Part shown: piece by piece, positions 1-9,846 of the stretch
Layout of the letters: the number at the start of each line of letters is the position of its first letter
Position numbering within the stretch: the first letter of the stretch is position 1
Assembly (NCBI GenBank): GCA_045580855.1
Contig: JAZNOO010000002.1
Location: 28,896 to 92,895, forward strand
Length of the DNA: 64,000 bases
Source of the DNA: Lachnospiraceae bacterium
GTDB lineage: Bacteria; Bacillota; Clostridia; Lachnospirales; Lachnospiraceae
Direction: 5' to 3'
Translations under genes and position numbers: made by a program
Notes under the pieces: generated by a model
Database searches by the model: none
What the model was told of the DNA's origin: nothing
Seen by the model: the letters and a program-made list of their open reading frames with translations, nothing else

Positions 1-1
1 A

Positions 2-1543
2 AGGCTACTTCTGCATTTTGGTGCAGCGGACCAGTTGGCGGAGATTTGGCTGAATGACGTATTGATTGGAAGTCATGAGGGCGGATATTTAAGTTTCACT
101 TTCGATATTACCGAGGCGGTAAAAAGGAATGTTCCGAACCGTTTGGTTGTTAAAGTAACGGACGAACTTGACAAAGATTACCCTTACGGCAAACAGTGTG
201 TAAAGCCTGGCGGTATGTGGTATACACCCACGTCGGGAATTTGGCAGAATGTCTGGATTGAGAACGTGCCGGACAATTATATTGAGAGTGTGAAAATTAC
301 GCCGGATTTGGAAGGGATTGCCCTGGAAGTTTGCCGGAATGGAAGTTTAGAAATAAAGAAGATGCCGGGCGAAGATTTAGACGTGTCTGATGAAAGTAAA
401 GAAGATTCCGAAGATGTCGAGAAAAAGATTTCAGCAGAAATCACACTCCACACCGGTGAAGTCGTAACCAAAACATTCGAGGGCGAAGGTCCTTTCTACA
501 TCTCGCTTACAGAGTTTAAAGATGCCGATGGTAATCCTTATGTGCCGAAGCTTTGGAGCCCGGAAGAACCGTATTTGTACATGATGAGAATTGTTGCAGG
601 CGAAGATGCAGTGGAGACCTATTTTGCCCTGCGAACCATAGAGATTAAGGACATAAACGGCGTGCCGAGAGTTTGTTTAAATAACAAGCCGATTTTTATG
701 CATGGTGTTCTGGACCAGGGGTATTTTAGCGACGGCATTTTCCTGCCGGCAGAGGAAGAAGAGTACGAGAGAGATATTCTCCGCATGAAGGAGCTTGGTT
801 TTAACATGCTTCGCAAACACATTAAAATCGAGCCGGAGTGCTTTTATTATTATTGCGACAGGCACGGCATGCTTGTGATGCAGGATATGGTAAATAACGG
901 GGGCTATTCTTTTATCAGGGATACGGCCCTGCCTACCATTGGTTTTAAGAAGAAAAGTGATAAAACTGCGGGAACTTCCAAGCGGGAGAAGATTTTTATT
1001 GCCCATATGGAAGGAACCGTTCGACAACTCTATAATCACCCCTGTATCGTGGCGTACACGATTTTTAACGAAGGCTGGGGGCAGTTTAACAGCGATGAAA
1101 TGTATGACCGGGTAAAAGCATTGGACGGCACGCGTCTGATTGATTCTGCTTCGGGATGGTTTACGCAGAAGAAGAATGATTTCGACAGTGAGCATATTTA
1201 CTTTAGAACCAAGAAGTTAAAAATAAAGAAGCGTCCGTTGTTTGTATCGGAGTGCGGAGGCTATTCACTGGCGGTGGAAGGGCATCTTTTTAATCCGAAA
1301 AAAGCTTATGGTTACGGGAAGACTAAGGACAGTCACGACTTGACGGAGACAATTGCCAATATGTACCGCAAGATGCTGATTCCTGCGATCGCAAAGGGCG
1401 CCTGTGGTTGCATTTATACCCAGCTTAGCGACGTGGAAGATGAAATCAACGGTTTGTATACCTACGACCGCAAAGTGTGCAAGGTTGAAAAGGAACTGAT
1501 GCGCAAAGTGGCAGAGGAACTTTATGCTGAAATAAAGTCATAA
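2..1543 (+). CDS. Glycoside hydrolase family 2 (beta-galactosidase/glucuronidase-like), 5'-truncated by the window edge
   Basis: The frame is open from base 2 (RLLLHFGAADQ...). GH2 motifs: HEGGY, SGIWQ, GVLDQGY, GFNMLRKHIK, NHPCI..FNEGW, SECGG. Confidence 0.92.
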   Translation, partial: RLLLHFGAADQLAEIWLNDVLIGSHEGGYLSFTFDITEAVKRNVPNRLVVKVTDELDKDYPYGKQCVKPGGMWYTPTSGIWQNVWIENVPDNYIESVKITPDLEGIALEVCRNGSLEIKKMPGEDLDVSDESKEDSEDVEKKISAEITLHTGEVVTKTFEGEGPFYISLTEFKDADGNPYVPKLWSPEEPYLYMMRIVAGEDAVETYFALRTIEIKDINGVPRVCLNNKPIFMHGVLDQGYFSDGIFLPAEEEEYERDILRMKELGFNMLRKHIKIEPECFYYYCDRHGMLVMQDMVNNGGYSFIRDTALPTIGFKKKSDKTAGTSKREKIFIAHMEGTVRQLYNHPCIVAYTIFNEGWGQFNSDEMYDRVKALDGTRLIDSASGWFTQKKNDFDSEHIYFRTKKLKIKKRPLFVSECGGYSLAVEGHLFNPKKAYGYGKTKDSHDLTETIANMYRKMLIPAIAKGACGCIYTQLSDVEDEINGLYTYDRKVCKVEKELMRKVAEELYAEIKS

Positions 1544-1574
1544 TTTTATGCCGGAAATCATATACTTTAATTTG

Positions 1575-1603
1575 CACCTAACCTTAAATTGCAGCATATG
1601 ATA
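1575..1603 (+). promoter_or_regulatory. Putative sigma-K (late mother-cell) promoter
   Basis: CACC-N16-CATATGATA matches the sigK consensus mACm-N16-CATA---TA, 33 nt before the cupin start. Confidence 0.55.
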
Positions 1604-1636
1604 AACCATAAAATACCTTAAAAAGGATGGTTTATT

Positions 1637-2272
1637 ATGAGTTGTAATTGTAATAATTGTTCATCATATTTTACAAATCTTGTCAGTGCGGCAAGACATA
1701 ATCATAAGAAAAAATATACTGTTGTACAGGGCGATTACCTGAAAGTAAATGTAATGTGTATTCCTATTTGCGGTGATATCGGCGTGGAAGTTCATGAAAA
1801 TGAAGATCAGTTGATTACCGTGGTATGCGGAACGGCGACCGTGAAACTTGGCCGCACAAGACGCGAGGCTGATTGCATCAGAAGATTGAATGCCGGCGAT
1901 TCGGTTTTGATTCCGGCCGGTATTTGGCATAATGTATGCAACAGCGGCAACGGTCAGTTACAGTTGATTTCCGTATACGGATTCGGTAATGCAAATCACG
2001 ACTGTGGCTGCAATGCAAACAACGACTGTGGCTGTAGCGCAAACAACGGCTGTGGATGTAGCACAAGCAACGATTGCGGTTGTAGCGCAAACAACGGCTG
2101 TGGCTGCAATGCAAGCAATGATTGCGGAAACGTTATGAATACCGGTTGCGGTTGTAATCAGGCGACTGCATACTCGGATTGCAACACTGTATTCAATGCG
2201 GGTAATTGCGATTGGAATAATGTGCAGACTCAGGATAACGGATGCAGCTGTGCGATTGACAGCGGCTGCTAA
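1637..2272 (+). CDS. Cupin-domain protein with Cys/Asn/Gly-rich C-terminal tandem repeats
   Basis: Cupin motifs IGVEVHENEDQ and VLIPAGIWHNV, followed by xxNxxCGC repeats. RBS AAGGA. Confidence 0.85.
   Translation: MSCNCNNCSSYFTNLVSAARHNHKKKYTVVQGDYLKVNVMCIPICGDIGVEVHENEDQLITVVCGTATVKLGRTRREADCIRRLNAGDSVLIPAGIWHNVCNSGNGQLQLISVYGFGNANHDCGCNANNDCGCSANNGCGCSTSNDCGCSANNGCGCNASNDCGNVMNTGCGCNQATAYSDCNTVFNAGNCDWNNVQTQDNGCSCAIDSGC
1988..2155 (+). repeat. About 7 copies of a 24-bp (8-aa) coding tandem repeat
   Basis: NANHDCGC NANNDCGC SANNGCGC STSNDCGC SANNGCGC NASNDCGN VMNTGCGC. Confidence 0.85.
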
Positions 2273-2280
2273 TGAAAAGA

Positions 2281-2310
2281 AAACAGGTCACCGAAAGGTG
2301 GCCTGTTTTA
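2281..2310. terminator. Bidirectional intrinsic terminator
   Basis: AAACAGGTCACC-GAAA-GGTGGCCTGTTTT between convergent genes. Confidence 0.85.
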
Positions 2311-2322
2311 TTGTGTGGTATT

Positions 2323-3570
2323 CTATTTTTTCTTTCCGCCTTTTAAGAAGATTTCGCGATATTCTTTGGGCGTCTTGCCAACCTTCTTTTTAAACAGCTT
2401 TGTAAAATAATTCACATCCGGGATTCCGCAGTAGGATGCGATGGTCTGGATTTGCAGGCCGGTGGAATGCAGTAAAAGAATGCCGTGCTGGATACGCTTT
2501 TCATTCACGTAGTCCGTCAAGGTACTGCCGGTCTCTTTTTTGAAAAGCGTGGACAGGTAGCTGGCGTTGACGTTCATTTTACCGGCTAAAACATTTAAAG
2601 TCAGGTCGGCGGTCAAATCCGTATCAATGGTAGTAATGACCTTCTGCACAAGAAGCGAATAGCCCTTCATGGAGTGGTTTTTGACCAGAAGGCAGTACTT
2701 GTGCACCATTTCTTTTTGCAGCTTGCGGGCTGCGTCCATGGTGGTAACCTGTTCAATTTTACGGGCAAAATCCGAAGAAAGCTTATCAATATAAAAGGGG
2801 TGTACCGAACCGTTTTCCACGGCTTTACGAAGCAGGGTATTCATAATGATGCAATAATTTTGCATATTACGAATGGGGTCGGCAGTACGTTTCTCGAAGT
2901 TGGAAGCGGACATATTCGCCATAATTAATTCTACTTTATGGCTTAAGCCCTGCGAAATGGCTTGGAGCAACTGGTTCTCCACCGCATATCGTTCTTCGAT
3001 GGCCTTCATATTGATGGAGGCGTCTGTTTGCTCATAGCTTGAACCTGCGGAGAATTGAGCGGAATGCTCGGACGAGTTAAATTGCTGTTCCAGGGTTTCA
3101 AATTTAAACTGGTCCATACTGCCCCAAAGACTTTCCCCCAATGTATTCATCACAATCAGTGCGACAGAATCATTCTCCAAATAAGTAATATTGTTAAAAT
3201 ACTTCTCCAGTGTATTAAAAATCTGTGGCGGGAGAGAATATTCTTCAGTGAATTCCATAATTTCATTCCGGTTAAATTCACGTGTGGTATAAGGCCCCAC
3301 AATCATCAGTGCGTCGGGCGCGGTATCCGGCATACGGAGAATGAAATAATTACAATAAAAAAGATCAACTAATTTATAGATGGTATTCGGCTTGATTCGT
3401 TCACTGATAAAAGCCTTAGAAAGATTAAGTTGTTCTTCCATGCCGAGAAGTTTTCGAAGTCCCATATCAATCTCCGAAATCGAGTGATTTTCTTCGGTAA
3501 TAATGTGGGTTTTTAAGCGGAAGTGGGACAGTATTCTCTTAGCAAAATCAAGTTCGGACTGATAGCGCAT
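2323..3570 (-). CDS. AraC family transcriptional regulator
   Basis: C-terminal double HTH (YLSTLFKKETG...YFTKLFKKKVGKTPKEYR). Divergent from the sugar transporter. Confidence 0.93.
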   Translation of the reverse strand: MRYQSELDFAKRILSHFRLKTHIITEENHSISEIDMGLRKLLGMEEQLNLSKAFISERIKPNTIYKLVDLFYCNYFILRMPDTAPDALMIVGPYTTREFNRNEIMEFTEEYSLPPQIFNTLEKYFNNITYLENDSVALIVMNTLGESLWGSMDQFKFETLEQQFNSSEHSAQFSAGSSYEQTDASINMKAIEERYAVENQLLQAISQGLSHKVELIMANMSASNFEKRTADPIRNMQNYCIIMNTLLRKAVENGSVHPFYIDKLSSDFARKIEQVTTMDAARKLQKEMVHKYCLLVKNHSMKGYSLLVQKVITTIDTDLTADLTLNVLAGKMNVNASYLSTLFKKETGSTLTDYVNEKRIQHGILLLHSTGLQIQTIASYCGIPDVNYFTKLFKKKVGKTPKEYREIFLKGGKKK

Positions 3571-3634
3571 AATCTCTCCTTTTGTGACAGGAAAATTTTA
3601 CATTTTTATCGTACCATTTTTAGGTAAAAAATAC

Positions 3635-3702
3635 AACTAATAAAAATTATACGAAAACTACCAAAAATTATACTCTCTATATTGTTTGTATTTTGTTAAA
3701 AT
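3635..3702 (+). promoter_or_regulatory. AraC-type direct-repeat operator plus extended -10
   Basis: AACTAnnAAAAATTATAC occurs twice at a 21-bp period (3635, 3656), followed by TGtTAAAAT. Confidence 0.55.
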
Positions 3703-3796
3703 GATATCAAGCGTTGCGGATAATCCGGGGGGATAATATCCGCGCAAGAAAATTAACCTTTAACTATCAAAATTTAACGCAGAAAGGGGTATGTAA

Positions 3797-5347
3797 GTGA
3801 AAGAACAGAAAAAAGCAGTAAGACCGTTTGGTTTTGCAGACAAGATGGGATATATGTTCGGTGACTTCGGTAACGACTTTACCTTCATTTTATCCACAAT
3901 GATTTTATCTAAATTTTATACCGATGTAATGGGCGTTTCAGCCGGCGTAATCGGTACTATCATGATGTTGGCACGTTTCGTGGATGCGTTTACCGACGTT
4001 GCTATGGGACGTATTTGTGACCGCAGTAAGATTACACCTCAGGGTAAATTCAAACCTTGGATTCTCCGTATGTGTTTCCCGGTTGCAGTTGCATCTTTCT
4101 TAATGTATCAGAGTGGTTTGGCAGGACTTCCCACCACCGTTAAGATTATTTACTTAGCAATTACTTATATCCTTTGGGGTTCATTCTGCTATACCGGTAT
4201 CAATATCCCTTACGGTTCTATGGCTTCTGCTGTTTCTGCAGACCCCGGCGACCGTCAGTCTTTATCAACCTTCCGTACCATGGGTGGTATGCTTGCAGGT
4301 ATGGTAATCGGTATCCTTCTTCCTCTTATCGCTTATGATAAGGTTACATTGGTAGACGGAACCATTAAGGAAACCTTAAACGGACCTAAGGTTACATTGG
4401 CAGCAGGTATTTTCTCAATTCTCGCAATTGTATGCTATTTACTTTGCTATAAACTTATCAAGGAACGTGTTGTGGTAGAACCTACCGGAGAAAAGGGACC
4501 TTCTGTTGGTCAGATGTTAGGAAGTGCATTCTCAAACCGTGCATTAATCTCTATCATTGTAGCTTCCGTAGTTATGTTATTGGCACAGCTTACCATGCAA
4601 AACATGGCAGCATATATTTTCCCTGATTATTACAATAACGCAGACGCGCAGTCTGTATCTACCATTATGATGATGGGTGGTATGATTCTTGCGGCAATCT
4701 TTGCGAAGCCTTTGGCTAAGAAGTTTGGTAAGGCAGAAATTTCAATTGTTTCAAACCTTTTTGCAGCAGTGGTTATGGTTCTAATCTGGATTATCCGTCC
4801 CGCAAATGTTTGGGTATACTGCGGATTACAGATGCTTTGCTGGTTAGGTCTTGGTATGTTCTCTATGGTATCATGGGCACTTATCACAGACGTTATCGAC
4901 TACTCAGAACTTAGAAACGGTGTACGTGAAGACGGTTCCGTATACGCTATGTACTCATTTGCACGTAAGCTTGGTCAGGCGCTTGCAGCAGGTTTATCAG
5001 GCTGGTTATTGGAAGCAATCGGTTACAACTCAGTAGCAGCTTCTGAAGGTTTAAGACAGACTGAAAGCGTATTATCAGGTATCTTCAATATTTCAACCTT
5101 AATTCCTGCATTAGGATTCCTTTTATTAGGCCTTGTATTGTGGTTCTGGTATCCTCTTCACAAGAAACAGGTTGATGCAAACGTAGCTGCATTAAAGATT
5201 AAGCACGGCGACGAAGAAATCGAAACCGTAGAAGAAGCTGTAGCAGAAGAGAAAGATGAAACAGTGGAAGAAACTGTAGCAGAAGAAAAAGCTGAAACAG
5301 TGGAAGAAAAAACTGAAGAAACACCTACAGAGGATTCTGAAGAATAA
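3797..5347 (+). CDS. Glycoside-pentoside-hexuronide (GPH/MelB-like) MFS symporter with acidic C-terminal tail
   Basis: GDFGNDF, ARFVDAFTD..MGRICD, GKFKPW, NIPYGSM, RKLGQALA; multiple TM segments. Confidence 0.93.
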   Translation: MKEQKKAVRPFGFADKMGYMFGDFGNDFTFILSTMILSKFYTDVMGVSAGVIGTIMMLARFVDAFTDVAMGRICDRSKITPQGKFKPWILRMCFPVAVASFLMYQSGLAGLPTTVKIIYLAITYILWGSFCYTGINIPYGSMASAVSADPGDRQSLSTFRTMGGMLAGMVIGILLPLIAYDKVTLVDGTIKETLNGPKVTLAAGIFSILAIVCYLLCYKLIKERVVVEPTGEKGPSVGQMLGSAFSNRALISIIVASVVMLLAQLTMQNMAAYIFPDYYNNADAQSVSTIMMMGGMILAAIFAKPLAKKFGKAEISIVSNLFAAVVMVLIWIIRPANVWVYCGLQMLCWLGLGMFSMVSWALITDVIDYSELRNGVREDGSVYAMYSFARKLGQALAAGLSGWLLEAIGYNSVAASEGLRQTESVLSGIFNISTLIPALGFLLLGLVLWFWYPLHKKQVDANVAALKIKHGDEEIETVEEAVAEEKDETVEETVAEEKAETVEEKTEETPTEDSEE

Positions 5348-5444
5348 ATTTTAAAATAATCTGCTGTCGGACATAAGGTTCGGCAGCAGAACCAAATTTA
5401 GAGATAAAACAGTTATAAAAATAGAGTAAAAGGAGATAGTTTAA

Positions 5445-7676
5445 GTGAGAGAAATTATAAATTTTAACGTAAAATGGGCTTTTACAAAGAATGCAACAGA
5501 AGTACCGGCTACAATGCCTGAGAAGTGGGACTGGGTTACCCTTCCTCACAGCTGGAACGCAATTGACGGTCAGGACGGTGGTGCAGACTACTACCGCGGA
5601 ACCGCATATTATGCAAAAGAATTAAAGAAATTCGATTTACCTGAAGCAGACAGATATTATATGGAATTCCGTGGTGCAAACTCTTCTGCAGACCTTTATA
5701 TCAACGGCAAGAAGATTGCAAGCCATGACGGCGGTTACTCAACCTGGAGAGCAGACATTACAGATGCTTTGGAAATGGACAACTTAATTGTTGTAGCCGT
5801 TGACAATGCAGAAAATGACAGAGTATATCCTCAGATGGCAGACTTTACCTTCTACGGCGGTCTCTATCGTGACGTAAATATTATCGCAGTAAACAATTCA
5901 CACTTTGACCTTGATTACTACGGAGGCCCCGGCCTTATGGTAACACCTGAAGTGAAGGGTGAAGACGCTGACGTTGCAGTAGAAGTATTCTTAACAAACC
6001 CTGCAGACGGACAGGAACTTGTTTATAAGATTTATGATTATGAAGAAAATGTAATCGCAGAAGTAAAGCAGGCAGTTGCTGATACCAAGGCAGTGATTAC
6101 AATTCCCAAAGTACATTTATGGCATGGACGTAAGGATCCTTATCTTTACAGAGCAGAAGTTGCACTTGTAAAAGGTGATGATGTCATTGACTGTGTATCT
6201 GCACCTTTTGGTTGCCGTACTTTTAAGATTGACCCCGAGAACGGTTTTATCTTAAACGGCGAAGAATATCCTTTAAGAGGTGTATCACGCCATCAGGACA
6301 GATGGGGACTTGGTAACGCGTTGTTGCCTGAACACCACAGAGAAGATATGGAATACATTTATGAAATGGGTGCAACCACAATCCGTCTTGCACACTATCA
6401 GCATGATCAGTTCTTCTATGATTTGTGTGATGAAATGGGTATGGTAATCTGGGCAGAAATCCCTTATATTTCTAAGCATATGCCGGGCGGTAGAGAAAAC
6501 ACAATTTCTCAGATGAAGGAACTTATCGTTCAGAATTATAACCATCCTTCCATCGTGGTTTGGGGACTTTCTAACGAAATCAGTATGGCAGGTTCCGATG
6601 CGGATTTAATTGATAACCACAATGTATTAAATGATATGGTTCACAAGATGGATCCTACAAGATTAACAACCATCGCTTGTGTATCTATGTGTGATATCCA
6701 TGACCCGTATGTGCAGATTCCCGACGTGGTTTCTTACAACCACTACTTCGGATGGTACGGCGGAGATACTTCCATGAACGGACCTTGGTTTGATAACTTC
6801 CATAAGACATTCCCGAACATCCCTATCGGTGTCAGCGAATATGGTTGTGAAGCGCTTAACTGGCATACCTCTAAGCCGACTCAGGGCGACTATACGGAAG
6901 AATATCAGGCATACTATCACGAAGAACTCATTAAGCAGTTGTTCACAAGAAAGTATCTCTGGGCAACACATGTATGGAATATGTTTGACTTCGGTGCTGA
7001 CGCAAGAAACGAAGGCGGTGAGAACGGACAGAACCACAAGGGTCTTATGACTTTTGACCGTAAGTATAAGAAGGATTCTTTCTATGCATACAAGGCATGG
7101 TTATCAGATGATCCCTTCGTACACATTTGCGGTAAGAGATATGTAGACAGAGTAGAAGATGTTACTAAGGTAACCGTATACTCTAACTTACCTGAAGTTG
7201 AATTGTTCGTAAACGGCAAGAGCCTTGGCAAGCAGGCATCTGCAGAGCACTTCTTCTACTTCGACGTTCCCAATGAGGGCGTATCCGAATTGGAAGCAGT
7301 TGCAGGCGATTGCACAGATTACAGCACAATCCGCAAGGTTGATACCTTCAACGAAGCATACAAGTTAAAAGAAAAGGGTGCAATCCTTAACTGGTTTGAC
7401 ATCACAGAACCTGAAGGATACTTCTCATTGAATGATACAATGGGTGCAATTATGGCAAATCCTCAGGGTGCACTTTTGATTGGCGGCTTGATGCAGCAGA
7501 TGCAGAAGAATGCAGGCGGTATGGCAGCAGGTTTCGAAGTAAATGAAGGTATGATGCAGATGATGAACGGCTTTACCGTGATCCGTCTTGCAAACCTTAT
7601 GGGAACTGCAGGCATCACCTTCACGAAGGAACAGCTCCTTGGCTTGAATGCACAGCTTAACCAGATTAAGAAATGA
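5445..7676 (+). CDS. GH2 beta-galactosidase
   Basis: LPHSWN, DFTFYGGLYR, GVSRHQD, RLAHYQH, NHPSIVVWGLSNE, SEYG. GTG start after AAGGAG. Confidence 0.95.
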   Translation: MREIINFNVKWAFTKNATEVPATMPEKWDWVTLPHSWNAIDGQDGGADYYRGTAYYAKELKKFDLPEADRYYMEFRGANSSADLYINGKKIASHDGGYSTWRADITDALEMDNLIVVAVDNAENDRVYPQMADFTFYGGLYRDVNIIAVNNSHFDLDYYGGPGLMVTPEVKGEDADVAVEVFLTNPADGQELVYKIYDYEENVIAEVKQAVADTKAVITIPKVHLWHGRKDPYLYRAEVALVKGDDVIDCVSAPFGCRTFKIDPENGFILNGEEYPLRGVSRHQDRWGLGNALLPEHHREDMEYIYEMGATTIRLAHYQHDQFFYDLCDEMGMVIWAEIPYISKHMPGGRENTISQMKELIVQNYNHPSIVVWGLSNEISMAGSDADLIDNHNVLNDMVHKMDPTRLTTIACVSMCDIHDPYVQIPDVVSYNHYFGWYGGDTSMNGPWFDNFHKTFPNIPIGVSEYGCEALNWHTSKPTQGDYTEEYQAYYHEELIKQLFTRKYLWATHVWNMFDFGADARNEGGENGQNHKGLMTFDRKYKKDSFYAYKAWLSDDPFVHICGKRYVDRVEDVTKVTVYSNLPEVELFVNGKSLGKQASAEHFFYFDVPNEGVSELEAVAGDCTDYSTIRKVDTFNEAYKLKEKGAILNWFDITEPEGYFSLNDTMGAIMANPQGALLIGGLMQQMQKNAGGMAAGFEVNEGMMQMMNGFTVIRLANLMGTAGITFTKEQLLGLNAQLNQIKK

Positions 7677-7805
7677 AGATCACCTTTTATGCAGAAATGC
7701 GTAATGAAGTTTGTAAAAGTGATTATCAAGCATAAATTTGCTAAAAACAAAAAGCAATAATCCCAAATATTGCATTGTAGTTAAAGGGTTATTATATGTA
7801 AAAGA

Positions 7806-7839
7806 GAAGTTCGCGGGAAACCGCGGGCTTTTCTTTTTC
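7806..7839 (+). terminator. Intrinsic terminator
   Basis: AGTTCGCGG-GAAA-CCGCGGGCT followed by TTTCTTTTT. Confidence 0.8.
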
Positions 7840-7921
7840 TATTCTTGCAACTTTTTGTACTTTAGATTAGTGTTATAGGTAAAGGAACAGATTTTATCTG
7901 CAGGAAAAGAGGAGCAAAATT

Positions 7922-8572
7922 ATGAAAAAATCTACAGTAAAGACATTTAATTGGATTGCATTCGGAATGATACCGGCAATCATTGTGCTTATAGCAGTTG
8001 CTTTTGGCATTTTTGCTGCAAGTGCGATTAATTCTCCGACCATAAATTATGATCATGTGACAGCCCAAACCGAGTCCGGTGAGTTATGGAAGGTTCTGGA
8101 AGTGGTCGAAGGGGAATACGCCTACGTGATCTATAGTGTAGATGATGTCTATAGGTTTGATGGTGAGCGTTTGATTGCATTTCAGGGACCAAGCATTGAA
8201 GCGATTAAGGATGAGATTGAAGAAAGTAATTCCGGCGGTAATGGGATTACGTCCTATTGGGAAGGAAAGGGTGTGAAATTTGACTTTAGCACTACGAATG
8301 ATTTCGAGGAATATTTAGAAGAGGTGGAGAGTACCGTCCACTATAATTTAGAACCGGATGCGGAAGTGATTAAGGCGAATTTCTCGGAGGTGACACTGTA
8401 TGATGTGAGTGATTACATAGGCTATGAACACCAAAATAATTCAGGTTTTGCACTGGCTACAATGATTTTGGTTGGAGCCATTGTCTTTTGGACAGTGATT
8501 GTTCTGGCAGTGGAACTGCTGGTGGCACTGATACTTAAGTTTACAGTTTTTAAAGTGAAGAAGGAGAGATAA
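7922..8572 (+). CDS. Hypothetical membrane protein (N- and C-terminal TM helices, acidic extracellular loop)
   Basis: RBS GAGGAG; hydrophobic termini; no recognised domain. Confidence 0.75.
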   Translation: MKKSTVKTFNWIAFGMIPAIIVLIAVAFGIFAASAINSPTINYDHVTAQTESGELWKVLEVVEGEYAYVIYSVDDVYRFDGERLIAFQGPSIEAIKDEIEESNSGGNGITSYWEGKGVKFDFSTTNDFEEYLEEVESTVHYNLEPDAEVIKANFSEVTLYDVSDYIGYEHQNNSGFALATMILVGAIVFWTVIVLAVELLVALILKFTVFKVKKER

Positions 8573-8615
8573 AAAACGGTTTTTCGATTGTAATACAACC
8601 TGTGGTTTAATTCCA

Positions 8616-8644
8616 TTGACAAAAGAATGAAAGAACGCTACTTT
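8616..8644 (+). promoter_or_regulatory. Sigma-A-type promoter
   Basis: TTGACA-N17-TACTTT. Confidence 0.55.
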
Positions 8645-8669
8645 AATCATAGTGAGCGGCAAAAGATGA

Positions 8670-8697
8670 TAGCCCTGCGTAAACGCGGGGCTTTTCT
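8670..8697 (+). terminator. Intrinsic terminator between the promoter and the nucleotidyltransferase gene
   Basis: AGCCCTGCG-TAAA-CGCGGGGCT-TTTCT. Confidence 0.75.
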
Positions 8698-8735
8698 ATA
8701 TATAAATAGAACAGTTAATGGGAGGTGCTGTGATT

Positions 8736-9764
8736 ATGACAATGCAAGAGATTAGAAATATATTGCAAACCGCGGAATATTCTTTCCTGCGTGAAGAAGA
8801 GTGTCTTGGTAAGAATATTATTTTATTGGGTATGGGAGGGTCATATTCATACGGAACCAATAATGAGAATAGCGATATAGATGTGCGTGGGGTAGCATTA
8901 AACAGCAAACGGGAGATATTGACGAACCGGAATTTTGAACAGTTTGTAGACGTGCCCACAGACACCACAATTTATGCTTTTAACAAAATTATTACCTTGC
9001 TGACCAGCTGTAATCCGAACACAATCGAATTGCTTGGCTTGAAACCGGAGCACTATTTGTACGTGACACCCATTGGTCGGGAATTGTTGGATCACAGAAA
9101 GCTGTTTTTATCCCAAAAGGCAATACATTCCTTTGGCGGATATGCAAATCAGCAGCTGCGAAGATTATGTAACAAAAGTAATCGCGTGGTTTCGCAATCA
9201 GAGCAGGAACAACATATTTTTAATACAATCAAAAATGCTATGCACGAAATCAAAACGGCATATGCGGATTTTACCGATGAGGAGATTCGATTATACATTG
9301 ATAAGGCAGTGCAGGAAGGGTATGATACCGAAATTTTTATGGATGTCAATCTTAAGCATTATCCTTTGCGGGACTATAAAGCTGTGTGGAGTGAGATGCA
9401 AAGCATTGTAAAATCCTACAGTAAAGTGGGTATGCGCAATTCTAAGGCGATTGAACATAACAAATTAGGAAAGCATATGATGCATTTGATGCGTCTTTAT
9501 ATGATGTGTCTGGATATTCTTGAAAGTGAAGAGATTGTAACTTATCGTGAAAAAGAGCATGATTTGCTTATGGATATCCGTAACGGAAAATATTTGGATG
9601 ATAATAAGCAACCGACGCAGGATTTTTATGAATTGCTAAATGAGTATGAAAAGCGATTTGAGTATGCGAAAGAAAATACGTCGCTACCGGAGGAGCCGGA
9701 TTATCGTGCCATTGATGAATTTGTCGCAAGTGTAAATGAGAGAGTGGTGAAAGAAACCGTATAA
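8736..9764 (+). CDS. DNA polymerase beta-superfamily nucleotidyltransferase (YcgL/RlaP-like)
   Basis: GSYSYGT..NSDIDVRGV (GS...DxD), NPNTIE, KHMMHLMRL. Start moved to the ATG after GGAGGTG. Confidence 0.85.
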   Translation: MTMQEIRNILQTAEYSFLREEECLGKNIILLGMGGSYSYGTNNENSDIDVRGVALNSKREILTNRNFEQFVDVPTDTTIYAFNKIITLLTSCNPNTIELLGLKPEHYLYVTPIGRELLDHRKLFLSQKAIHSFGGYANQQLRRLCNKSNRVVSQSEQEQHIFNTIKNAMHEIKTAYADFTDEEIRLYIDKAVQEGYDTEIFMDVNLKHYPLRDYKAVWSEMQSIVKSYSKVGMRNSKAIEHNKLGKHMMHLMRLYMMCLDILESEEIVTYREKEHDLLMDIRNGKYLDDNKQPTQDFYELLNEYEKRFEYAKENTSLPEEPDYRAIDEFVASVNERVVKETV

Positions 9765-9770
9765 ATTATA

Positions 9771-9818
9771 AAAATCGATGTCTTTTTCCTTTGGGTGGGG
9801 GAAACGACATCGATTTTT
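9771..9818. terminator. Bidirectional terminator
   Basis: AAAATCGATGTC...GACATCGATTTT. Confidence 0.75.
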
Positions 9819-9846
9819 GATTGGATTGATAAGTTTTTTGCTTGGT

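Noticed and set aside
8736-9764. CBASS cyclase or AbiEii toxin
   Set aside because: The motifs fit the YcgL/RlaP family, and no adjacent effector or antitoxin gene is present.
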